Shown here piece after piece: positions 52,871 to 64,000 of a stretch of DNA of 64,000 bases. The notes beneath the pieces were generated by a model. That model was not told the origin of the DNA and searched no databases. It saw nothing but the letters and a program-made list of their open reading frames with translations. The position numbers and the translations under genes were made by a program. The first letter of the stretch is position 1, and the number at the start of each line of letters is the position of its first letter. The DNA is from Malacoraja senta (Eukaryota). Location: contig CM075989.1 in the NCBI GenBank assembly GCA_038087875.1, forward strand, positions 9,796,001-9,860,000, given 5' to 3'.

Positions 52871-53655
52871 TCAGATTTGCAAGATTTGCTCTGTCATTTT
52901 AGTCAGTAAGAAAAGGTCTGTACTTTATAAAATGATATCCATTGCAAGACTGAAGTTTTCTCAATCCCTACTTATCATCACGAGGTATCAGCACAGGGAA
53001 ATCAGTGGTTCAAAAAGCTGACCCATCAATATCTTCAAGGACAACTGAGAACAATTAAGAAAAATGGGTGACATTCAAATTCCAGGAATGAAAAATAATC
53101 CGTGAATTGAGCAATTTGGGGAACGGAACCCAGGATATTTGATTTTGCTGATAGCTGATAATAATTTCAATTCTGGTGTTTTTTAATTCAATGTATTATT
53201 TATTATTTGCTCTGTGAGCATATGAACTAGAAATTTCATTGCACCCTGGTGTATGTGACAGCAAGGTAATCTGAATCTGAAAACCTTTTGTAAAAGGTTA
53301 AATTGAAGGGACAGGAAAGAAAGGCTTAAAATATGAAACAGTAGACAGCATTATTCATAAATTAGTTGTTTGCAAACTTGCAACATAAAGTTGTTGATAC
53401 ACATGAAATAGTAATCTCACTGAGGCCACAGGGTGCCTCGTGAGGAAATGAATTTAGTTTTGCATCTGAGCAGATTGTTATCACTACTGTTTATAGGTGT
53501 GATGGAGTTAATTTCAGATTACCCAAAACACTCAAAAGAAGAAAGATTCATCCTTCCAAACATCCAGCACTTTAGAATTTATATTTATATTAAAGGCCAG
53601 ACTGTACACCATTAGCACTGACAAAAATAAGAGTCCAACAAAGGGCATTCGTGCC

Positions 53656-53678
53656 TTTATTCTGAAAAATAGTTTATT
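53656..53678 (-). terminator. Two candidate polyadenylation signals for C15orf61
   Basis: AATAAA on the minus strand at 53673-53678 and 53656-53661, about 60-80 nt after the stop codon. Confidence 0.45.
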
Positions 53679-53734
53679 TTTTTCAATTATTGCACGAACT
53701 CTGAAGTCAAGACCAGTTGCACGCAGGATAATAT

Positions 53735-53862
53735 TCAGTGTTTGGCTCTTATATCTTCCTGGTAGAGAAAATAGATGTTCACAGGGCCAGAACAGGTGTG
53801 AATAATCTCAGTGACACTGACAAAAAACCATGCACCGATCCCATAGGCCAAACACGGGATAC
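53735..53862 (-). CDS. C15orf61: C15orf61 homolog, last coding exon (full protein 154 aa)
   Basis: ccacag|GTATCCCG... encodes (G)IPCLAYGIGAWFFVSVTEIIHTCSGPVNIYFLYQEDIRAKH-stop, alignable to recalled human [42 protein letters not shown]. Phase matches the preceding exon. Confidence 0.94.
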
Positions 53863-54049
53863 CTGTGGAGTTTCCAGTAGAAGAGTAGAGAAAAAATAGA
53901 ATAGGTTACATGGCATACTGAACAGACTGAGGCTTGTATCATTCTTATTAAGTAAAATTCTATTATAGTTCTCTTCTGAAACTGTTTAATTGTTAGCTGG
54001 TCCTCTAGATTTGAGGCTCTACATCTAAACCTTTCCTTGACAGCCTTTT

Positions 54050-54510
54050 ACTATTTAAGAAGGGTAACAAGAACAAGCCAGGGAACTACAAGTCAGTGGT
54101 GGGAAAGTTGCTGGAGGGGATTCTTGGGGAAAGTATCTACCAGCATTTCGCTGTGCAGTGAATGGTTAGAGAAAGTCCACATGGCTTGGAAAATCATGTC
54201 TCATAACTCCGATAGTTTTTCTTTGAAAAGGTCACCAAGAAGATTGATCCTCTTCAAAAGGACAGTGGACATGGTCTATATAGACTTTAGTGAGGCCTTT
54301 GACTAAGTCCTACATGGAAGGTTCAATCAAATGAAATTTAGGTGAGCTAGCCAATTTGATTCAAAATTGGTTTGGAGCAAGCAGTCGAAAGGTGGTTGTG
54401 GAATGTTTCTTTTCTGATTTGGACTATGATCAGTGGTGTGCCACGGGTCAGTGCTGAGTCCACTGTTTGTTTTGGATGTTGACGACTTGAATGACGATGT
54501 AGTTAACGGA
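54050..54510 (+). mobile_element. Old CR1 RT fragment in the C15orf61 intron
   Basis: VDMVYIDFSEAFD and agtggtgtgccac (SGVP) remnants. Confidence 0.7.
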
Positions 54511-54937
54511 GGGATTAGTGTGAGGGTCAGATATTAGCAAAAAATAAGTATGGGATCAGCTGTTGGTAAATGAGGAGCAATGGTGGATGTGCAATCAGGG
54601 ACTCAAACATCACTACCAGGGGTTTTGAATTAAGGTTGGTATGTCCAGAACTCGAAAGAGATCAGTTTGAGTGATTAGAATGTGATTGAGAGAACAGGGT
54701 GGTAAATGGTTGGCCAAGGGTGGGAGTGGCAAGGCTTGAAGTGGAGCAGGTATACTTGAACTAGGTTCTCAGCTCCATGCTCGGACCTGCTCGGGGAGGT
54801 TCACTTTAAATTGTACTTTAGTGAAGCAAGCAATACTGTTAAAATTAGGTTTGGTTTTCTAGCTTCCCTGTTCTCTACTTTCTGAATGCTCTCCTAAAAA
54901 TAAAAACCTCAACTTTGCCATTTCTTTTCAAAACTTT

Positions 54938-55850
54938 CAATAGACACAATAGAAACTTTTCAATAAACCCTTCGAGCCAGCACCGCCATTCAATGTGATC
55001 ATGGCTGATCATCCACAATCAGTACCCCGTTCCTGCCTTCTCCCCATATTCCCTGACTCCGCTATCTTTAAGAGCCCTACCAAGCTCTCTCTTGAAAGTA
55101 TCCAGAGAACCGGCCTCCACCGCCCTCTGAGGCAGAGAATTCCACTGACTCACAACTCTGTGTGAAAAAGTGTTTCCTCATCTCCGTTCTAAATGCCTTA
55201 CCCCTTATTCTTAAACTGTGGCCCCTGGTTCTGGACTCCCCCAACATCGGGTACATGTTTCCTGCCTCTAGAGTGTCCAAACCCTTAATAATCTTATATG
55301 TTTCAATAAGATCTCCCCCTCGTCCTTCTAACTTCCAGAGTATACAAGCCCAGCCACTCCATTCTCTCAGCATTTGACAGTTCCGCCATCCCAGGAATTA
55401 ACCTTGTGAATCTACGCTGCACTCCCTCAATAGCAAGAATGTCCTTCCTCAAATTAGGGGACCAAAACTGCACACAATACTCCAGGTGTGGTCTCACTAG
55501 GGCCCTGTACAACTGCAGAAGGACCTCTTTGCTCCTATACTCAACTCCTCTTGTTATGAAGGCCAACATGCCAATCACTTTCTTCACTGCCTGCTGTACC
55601 TGCATGCCTACTTTCATTGACTGATTGACAAGGACCCCCAGATCCCGTTGTACTTCCCCTTTTCCCAACTTGACACCATTTAGATAATAATCTGCCTTCC
55701 TGTTTTTGCTACCAAAGTGGATAACCTCACATTTATCCACATTAAACTGCATCTGCCCACTCACCCAACCTGTCCAAGTCACCCTGCATTCTCATAGCAT
55801 CCTCCTCAGTTCACACTGCCACCCAGCTTTGTGTCATCTACAAATTTGCT
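54938..55850 (-). mobile_element. Young CR1/HER1 LINE, same subfamily as 48064-48992, in the C15orf61 intron
   Basis: Near-identical peptide (KCEVIHFGSKNRKADYYLNGVKLGKGEVQRDLGVLV...), frameshifted; tail caatagac. Confidence 0.95.
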
Positions 55851-55969
55851 TATGTTCAAAGCTCAAACTTCTTAATTTTCTCTTCTAAGGTAGAATAATC
55901 TTTCTACAACAAATGCAGTTGGTATCACTGTCATAATAAATGTTCCATCTGAGTGCCACAGAGCTTTCA

Positions 55970-56341
<372 letters not shown>

Positions 56342-56364
56342 TCAGTTAGTGTGCCATCAAGAGA

Positions 56365-56690
56365 GCATAAGAGTCATAGAGTCTTACAGTGGAAACGGGC
56401 CCTTCGGCCCAACTTGCCCACACCGGCCAACATGTCCCATATACACGAGTCCCACATGCCTGCATTTGGCTCGTATCCCTCTAAACCTGTTCTATCCATG
56501 TACCTGTCTAAATGTTTCTTAAACATCGCGATAGTACCTGCCTCAACTAACTCCTCCGGCAGCTCGTTTCACACACCTACCACCATTTGCATAAAAAAAG
56601 TTACCCCTCGTGTTCCTATTAAATCTTTCCCGCCTCACCTTAAACCTATGTCCTCTGTTCTCGATTCCCCTACTCTGGGCGTCTACCCGA
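56365..56690 (-). mobile_element. CR1 3' end just upstream of the C15orf61 acceptor
   Basis: (catagagt)n tail and FKKHLDRYMDR-type C-terminus. Confidence 0.8.
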
Positions 56691-57459
56691 TCCATTCCCC
56701 ATTGTTATTTGGAAAAAATGGATCGTAGCTTTGAAAGAGATTGTGCACTGGAAAATATTAGAAATTAATGGGCACTCAAAATGTTAAACTGGAACATTAT
56801 AGAGGAATATGTAATTACATCTTTGTGCTGGGTGCAGTTTTATTCCTAGAGATGACAACAGAAATTCAAAGGAAGTCTTTGATGAACTGAAATTGTTTTC
56901 TTGCGACAATGATTTACCAAAAAAATTGTATTCCATGTGTTAGCATGAGCAGCATTAAATGGTGCTGTCACTGACATTACCTTCATACAATGAAATTTTG
57001 ATTTACAAGTTTTTTTGCACAAATGATGGTCTTGTAACTTTTAGTACTTTATACACAATACAGAATTGTAAGGACGATTCTTATTGGGATATTTTTTGTG
57101 TTTATTTCAGATTTGCAACTTCAATATTCTGTAGGGATCATTTCCAAAAGGAATTATTTTTGTTAATTGTGTAATAATAATCCCATGTTCAATTCAGTTC
57201 TCTTAAGGGTTTTGCCGAATTCAGGGAAGGGGGAATTACAGCAGTAAAAGTGAGAACAAGAGCCAGTCTGTCAGCCTCTTGACCCAAATCTGCCAATCTA
57301 TGAGATCATGCCTAATCTGACAAGGAGGGCACTTTAATTGTACACGGAGGCCTTGAGCCAATGATGAGGTGAGTGGGCAAACATTTTCTCCAGTGTTCCA
57401 TGAAAGTTAATCATTTGATACATTGAAAAATGTTCATTGGTCATCTATACAACATGGGC

Positions 57460-57660
57460 TGGGGAACTAAGTGGGTCAGACAACATCTGTGGAGGGAATG
57501 GACAGACAACATTTCAGACTGGCTTCAGACTTCCGATGAGTCGCAATCCAAATCGGTGTTTGTCCATTCCCTCCATAGATGCTGCCAGACCCGCTGTGTT
57601 CCTCCAGCACTTTGTGTTTTGCACAAGATTCCAGCATCTGCAATCTTTTGTATCTACATA
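57460..57660. mobile_element. Older inverted Penelope terminal-repeat pair
   Basis: catctgtggagggaatggacagacaac pairs with gtttgtccattccctccatagatg. Confidence 0.7.
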
Positions 57661-57949
57661 TTGGACACTGCTTGCAAAGAATCAGCAGCCACACACTTCA
57701 AATACTGGCAGTTCTTTGGATCTAGTTAAAGGTGCCATAAGAGACTAGGCAGAAGACCACTCGGCCCATCACGCCTATGTCAGCTCTTATGATTATATAA
57801 CTTTTACAAATGCTTTCCCCTTTAATGGTCGGCGTATTGCAAACTTCTCTAATTTTATGATTTTCAATATTTAGACAAGAGGGTAATTTTAACGTTTTTA
57901 AATTATTTATAGTAACAATAATCGTTTACACTTGAAGAATTAACACTAG

Positions 57950-58230
57950 GATGTTCCTGGCGCTGCCCCAGCCCCGCAGCCCTTTTACCTGCTGCCTCCT
58001 CCTTCACCGCAGGACTTCGGCTCACAGTAACTCGCAGTGTTTGAAAGACAATCCCTCTTCATGACAGTCCCGACTCCGCCCGCCCGCCCGGCATCTGCCT
58101 CCTGTGGGGGGAATCCCCTCCGCGGGCAGGCCCGTTACCATGGCATTCCCGTCCCCTCCATCCTCGCCTCCCTACAACCGCAGCTCCCCGTACTTTAGTT
58201 CCGCTGTCTGTTGGTTCCTACCGCAGCCCT
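57950..58230 (-). promoter_or_regulatory. GC-rich promoter and probable non-coding first exon of C15orf61 (exon ends at 57989)
   Basis: Small CpG island with tandem GGGCGG boxes (~58076-58090), an RFX X-box-like GTTACCATGGCA (58134-58145) and donor CAG|gtaaaa. A matching acceptor ttttttcacag|CA lies 2 nt before the C15orf61 ATG. Confidence 0.7.
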
Positions 58231-58529
58231 TCCTCATTGTGGACAAAGATCAATACCATTTAAAGTCACTGGAGCAAATATGCTCCTGGGTTGAATTAAT
58301 ATTTCATTTTGAAAAAATATATAGATTTTTTTTGGGAGGAAGAAAACCGAAATCAAAATGCGGAAAATTAACATTTCTTGGTGAAAATTACTCGGCTTTT
58401 CAAAAGCTGTTGATTTTTGCCATTAAACTGTTTCAAACTCTAGCAGTTTTATGATTTTATATTAACAAATGCTTTATGGTTTTAATATTTGGTCAAGGAG
58501 TGAAGAATGATGGTTATCATAGTCAGAAA

Positions 58530-59520
58530 AACAGAAACATAAAGCACTGGAGGAACTCAGCCGATCTGGAGCCACTGGAGAACATGGATAGGTGACGTTT
58601 CAGGTTAGGACCCTTTTTCAGACTGATTGTGGGTGGAGAGGATGACAGCTAATGGACAGGAGGGGCAGGGTGAAGCCTGGCAAGTAATTGGTGGATACAG
58701 GTGAGGGAAGAGTACCTGTGGAGGGGATGGTGGGATGAATTAACCTAGGGGTTGCAGAGGATGCGGTCTCTATCAGAGAAAAGGGGTCGGGTTGGAAAGA
58801 TGTGACTGGTGATGGGATCACATTGGAGATGACAGAAATGTTTCGGGATGATGTGCTGGATGCAAAGGTTGGTGGGGTGTAAGGTAAGGACCATACAACC
58901 TCTATCCTTGTTTCATCTGGAAGGAGGATGAGCAAGACCAGAACTAAGGGACACAGGCAATGCGGGTGAGGGATCCACCTACGACAGCAGATGGAAACTA
59001 CGTTTACTTTTTTTAAAAGGACATCTCGGATGTCATAGAATGGAAAACCTCATTTTGGGAGCATACGTGGCACGAATGGATAAATTGAGAGTGGGGGATA
59101 GCGTCTGCAAGAGGTAGGGTGGAAGCAAGTGCAATCCAGATAACTATGGGAGTCGGTAGGTTTGTAGTAGACGTCAGTCGATAGTCTTTCCGCTGTGATG
59201 GAGTCAGAGAGATTAAGAAAGGTGTCCAAGATAGTCCAGGGCAAGTTGAGGGTAGGGTGGAAGTTAATGGTGATGTTAATAAAATATCAATGCATTCTGC
59301 ACTGATGCAATCATTGACGTAAGGGAGAAAGAGTTAGGGGATTATGCCAGTGTACATTTAGAACAAGGACCATTTGACGTAACCAACAAAAAGGCTGGCA
59401 TACCTGGGGCCGACACAAGTGCCCATGGCTACATCTTTAACTTAGAGAAAGTGAGAGGAATCAAAAGAGAAGTTGTTGAAGTATTTTTCATTAACACCAG
59501 CATCTGCAGTTCCTTGTTTC
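58530..59520 (-). mobile_element. Penelope-like element fragments including RT
   Basis: RLSTDVYYKPTDSHSYLDC and GVAMGTCVGP.YA.LFVGYV-like remnants; hammerhead-like terminus at ~58593-58622. Confidence 0.8.
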
Positions 59521-59659
59521 GTCATCTTAGACATTTTGGGTCAAAGGGCCTTTTTCTTTGCTCTATGACTCCCAAGGTCATAGAGCAAGTGTCAAACTAA
59601 GATGCACTCTGTTCAGAGAGAACAGGTAAATGTTTCAGTTTATTTATTTGTGTAAATAA

Positions 59660-59880
59660 TTATGTCAGAATTAAAAGTGAGAGGGGAAAAATTTAAAGTA
59701 ATTCCGAGGGGCAATCTTTTCACAAAGAGGATGGTGGGTACGTTTAATGACCTGCTAGATGTGGTGTCAGAGGCAACATTTAAAAAGCATTTAGACAGGT
59801 ACAGGGATAGGAAATGGGTATGGGCCAAATGCAGACAACTGCACCTGGCTCAGGTAGGCAACTCAGTTAGGCCCTAGAGC
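59660..59880 (+). mobile_element. CR1 3' fragment
   Basis: KVRGEKFK...NLFTKRMVG...FKKHLDRY. Confidence 0.7.
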
Positions 59881-60009
59881 TTGTTTACTTCTGTGGAATT
59901 TTATGAACCCAAGTCTCAAATTTGGATTCCAGGGAGGAGGGAGAGCAAATCTTTACAACACCATTGGACATTGACACACTGTTTGGATTTCCTCAGCATA
60001 ATGAACTGA

Positions 60010-60290
60010 CTAGATAAAGATGAACAAACTGCTGGAGGAACTCAGTGGCTCAGGCAGCATTTGTGGGGAGAAATTAACAGGTGACATTTTGGATTGGGAC
60101 TTTTCCTGGGACTGATGCAGTAAATGGGAGTCAGCTGGTAAAATGATGCGAGTAGAAGGGGTGGAGCAAGAGCTATCAAATGATAGGGTGGATCCAGTCA
60201 AGGGGGTGTCAATAGGCAGATGAGTCATGTGGGGAAGAGATGAGTCATGTGGGGAAGAAAAAGGGTGGGGATAATTACCAAAAGTGGAAA
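60010..60290 (-). mobile_element. Penelope-like terminal fragment
   Basis: ctgctggaggaactcagtggctcaggcagcat terminus. Confidence 0.65.
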
Positions 60291-60766
60291 AGAGAAGTTG
60301 GATCTTTCTCATAGTAACTATTTAAAGTCAAGTACCAGTAAAATATTGTATTTAAGATTCGCAGTTGAGGTTGAAACTCGATGTACATTCTAGATTAAGT
60401 TGGCAGTACTAATGATGATTACGAGTCTTTTTATATGTAAAAGATAAATTATAACTGAATACTTGAACTCGGTGATCCTTTTCCACTTTATGACATCTTT
60501 GTATGTCTTGCAATCAAGCATTAAGCTGAAACAATCTGCTAGCACCTGCAAATAAATTGTTGGTCCTTTGCATTCTGAGGCAAATATCTCTTTGGATTTC
60601 AATAAATATAAAATCAGTCATAACCTTCCATGTATATAGCACTGTTCACAATCTTAGATCATGACATTTGGTGAAACAATGATGATGAAAAAGTATCATT
60701 GCCTTGTGGAGAAACATGGAAACAATCAAATTGTGCACAGCAAGGTTCCACGAACATCAAATACAT

Positions 60767-61000
60767 GAATGAATGAATGACTTTATTGTTACATGTGACA
60801 AGTCACAGTGATATTCATTGCTTGCATGCCTAAGGTATGCAAATCGTCGCCACAAAAGTTAAAGTATCCACCTCCAGGTCCACCTTCGTTCCCCACCCAC
60901 CGAGTCCACCTTTGTTCCTCCTCACCCCCCCAGAGGTCCCCCCACACCGGGTCCTCCTTTGTTTTTCCCCCTCTCATCAGTTTTAATGACGTTGTTCGAA
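60767..61000 (-). mobile_element. Retroelement 3' end with (ttca)n tail
   Basis: gaatgaatgaatgactttattgttacatgtgacaagtcacagtg, a Rex1-like tail, followed by short C-rich subrepeats. Confidence 0.55.
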
Positions 61001-64000
61001 GGAAAACATAACGCCCATAACATTTGGGAGCTCTCCTCTGCTTCGATTCAAGTACAGCCACTGGATATTTTATTTTACTTTATAGGGCTTTGGTTTAACT
61101 GGTACCTAAAACGAAGTCATCGGAAGATTAATTTACTTTAAACTTTTTTGTTCATTAATTTTATATATTTTATGAAGTGTCTATTCTCTCCCAGTAGATT
61201 GTGGGAATCCAGTGCGATGTCAGGATATGCTCTTAGGGAGAATGGAGACAGGATTACTGGAGATCATGTGATAAAACTTCCAATGAACACCTTTTATTCA
61301 ATCTGGAAACACAAGACCTAAGCAAACCTGGTAGTGCTAATGATTGTAAGCTACAGAAATCATTGCAGAGGAAAATTTCGTTTTGTAGATGTACTATTAA
61401 CTGAATTCTTAAGTACATTTAATTCTTTTGCAAAATTGATGTAATCTCAAACCATGATTGAAATAGAAATAATAAATCTAATTGAGAAAAATACAAAAAG
61501 GTCAGTTTGCTAAAAAATAATACTAACTTTAATTTTATTTAACATAAATCACATTTTTATTATTAGTCTTTGCAGCGTGGTTGCCTATGCTCAAGACCAT
61601 GGCTACTAATTGAAAGTCCTAGGAGCTCAAGACTGAATTGCCATGGAGGAACATACAATAAAGTTTAGGTAATTATAATGGTTCGTTTAGGGAAAAGGGT
61701 TCATTTGCTGACTGAACCACTCAGTAATTTGTTGTATCGGGGAACTCTGTTCATCTGAATTGCTGCATAATGCTGAACATTATAACAAGCTCTGCAAGCT
61801 TTCCCCTGGCTCTCAGTCAGTACTGAGTTGGACATCCGAGCTTTGAAACTACTTGTCAGATGCAGCAATTCATGGTGACTCTGCAGAAAATATTTGCTCT
61901 GTACTTTTGTCCAATGCAAAGTAAATAGCACAAATAGAGACAATTGTTAAACATAGTGTAAGATGCGTTTGCACGCGTTCAATAGTATCTCACTGTACTT
62001 TTTATTGGGCATAGTATAAAGTCTGTACAGTTAAACGCTAAACAGTTCTGAGAGTGAAAATATACTTTTTCAAATATGTCAAGATTTTTTTAACATTAGG
62101 AACCTGAGTGGAGCCAGTTATTGCCATTGTCGGTTGTTTGGATATGTCTGCCATTTGTTAACAAGAGCTTCTGGTGTAACATGATAATACTATTAGGGCA
62201 CTAGTCAGGACAATGTCATCAACCCTTTTGATTTTTTTTAAAGTATGCCTCTTTTAATGCAGATTAACTAATGAATACATTTAGTGGTAATAAAAGAAGA
62301 CATAAAACTAAATGATAATATTGCTCATGGTCTCCACAGAATGTTCCAGTTCTTTTAGTGTCCTTGAGGGAGTGGCTCTTGTGGGCCTTACAGATAGATT
62401 ACGTGATCTAAGGGGAAAGTCTAATAATTACTACAATAATGAAAAGGTGGGGGATAGCCTGCCAGGAAGAAGAAATTAGTCCCAAAAAAAGTTGAAATTG
62501 GAAATTAGTGTTCTGTATAAGATACATAAGCATTTTATATTGTTGTCATGGTCCTTTAGACTTGAAATATTGGTGGCCATGGCAGGGTTGTGGATTTCCA
62601 TGTTCAACAATAACACCAAGGTCACGTTGTCAAACTGCACAATTGGAGATACTACACAACGGTCCAAACAGGATCAGCTGTGCTTCTCTCCTGTTATAAT
62701 TACATGAATAATACCATGATACAGAAGAAGGGAGTTATTGTGCAATATGGTAATTGGCTGACTAGTTCTAAGGTTTGGAAAAGGTTGTGATCATGGATAT
62801 TGTAATCAGGTGAATAATTAATATGGTGAAAGACATCTATTGTAAAATATGTTAATAAGATAGATGGAATATATTCAGGCCAAGTGATTGTCTTGTATTT
62901 GGTGAAATGAGTATTGTATCTTCTCTCAAGTTATGTTAATTCTCTAATATGGTTTTCCTAAGAACAGAATCTCAGCGAGATCAGCAGAGGTGCGGTCAAT
63001 TAACCCCTGCAGAAAAGGAGTGGAGATTCATACACCAAGATCAAATAATTGGCAGGGAACTATGACTCCTCTCCACTAAGCTATGTTGCCTTTCCAAAAC
63101 AGTAGATTTCAATAGTAGATATTCAACAATAGATGAGTGTATTTAAGGAGGGAACTTTGGATGGGTTGTGATATGGGAAGATTCTGCTGAAATAGTGTGA
63201 TTTTTAGCACAAAGGCTCTTTCTGGTTGTTTAACTTTTGCCAACAATTATCTCAGGTGTGGTATTAAAGCCCTACAATTAATTTTAGTGCCTGAAATGTT
63301 AACTATTTCCAAGCCATGACTATCGAGTGAAGACCAGATTTGGACTGATCTGTGATATTGAATAAATTTGACAGCACAAATTACTCTGAACAGGCTGGTT
63401 TGGTCCTGACTGCAGGCACAGTGGAAGACATAGCGTGGAATATTTTCTCCTGTCTTTATATCGCACTAAAGCAGCACAGAAACAATAGTGGTAATGCTCA
63501 TTAAAATTTGTCAATGAACTTTGGACAGAATGCTACAGGATTCAACCACTTGAATAATGTTCCAGATATTCAATTATTTTTGACTGGATTTAAGCATCTC
63601 TTACTGGATGGTTTTATCCTGGGATGTGGGGAGGAATGGGAAAACAAAGAAAGGAGAAGCATCTGAGTTTACAATGGTTCTTATGTACAGCAGAATACAT
63701 TATGTTTATCTCATCTATAACATTTTAGTTGCCATTCTTGAATACGTTTTAATCGGTTCCAACAATATCCTGATTGGAAAACAGATTCCACAGGACATTT
63801 CTTTTGCTTGCATGGACAAAGCTGAAACATTGAAACTTTTTTTTAAATTGCTTACAATAACACAGGATTCCAGCGAGATAGAATTGGAGCTCAAGTAGTT
63901 CACTGTTAAATATCTGTAGCTGCTCAGAATTAGGTTCTTCATATCATAAGCTCTAATGGAAAGATGGAATTGCCTTCTTGGGACATGTTCGCTATTGTAA

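Noticed and set aside
60300-64000. 3' exons of IQCH, expected by synteny upstream of C15orf61
   Set aside because: No peptide resembling the recalled IQCH C-terminus found by eye. ORFs 60390-60602 and 63715-63942 look non-coding. A TBLASTN search would settle it.

Overview
AT-rich vertebrate genomic DNA, very probably a cartilaginous fish (skate or ray). This is inferred from the repeat landscape: CR1/HER1-type LINEs, V-SINE/HE1-type tRNA-SINEs and abundant Penelope-like elements. Two protein-coding genes lie on the minus strand in the order known from human 15q23. (1) C15orf61 (DUF4528) is complete, 154 aa, with coding exons 56323-55987 and 53862-53735 and a probable 5' non-coding exon in a GC-rich promoter at ~58 kb. 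(2) The 5' part of MAP2K5/MEK5 has PB1-domain exons at 22791-22666, 12171-12123 and 4701-4634 and continues off the left edge. The rest is intronic or intergenic, with two decayed IR/DR-type Tc1 copies, Penelope fragments carrying minimal hammerhead-ribozyme motifs, CR1, Tx1/L1, RTE-X-like, Rex1-like and L2 relics, SINEs and a 46-bp minisatellite. I found no convincing new multi-gene system. The most interesting observations are local: Tc1 copies bracketing the 68-nt MEK5 exon, uORFs in both gene leaders, the hammerhead family, a locally templated fold-back insertion, and an inverted LINE pair around the last C15orf61 exon. All family names come from motif recognition by eye, not database searches. 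Exon boundaries were counted to the base; repeat boundaries are approximate.
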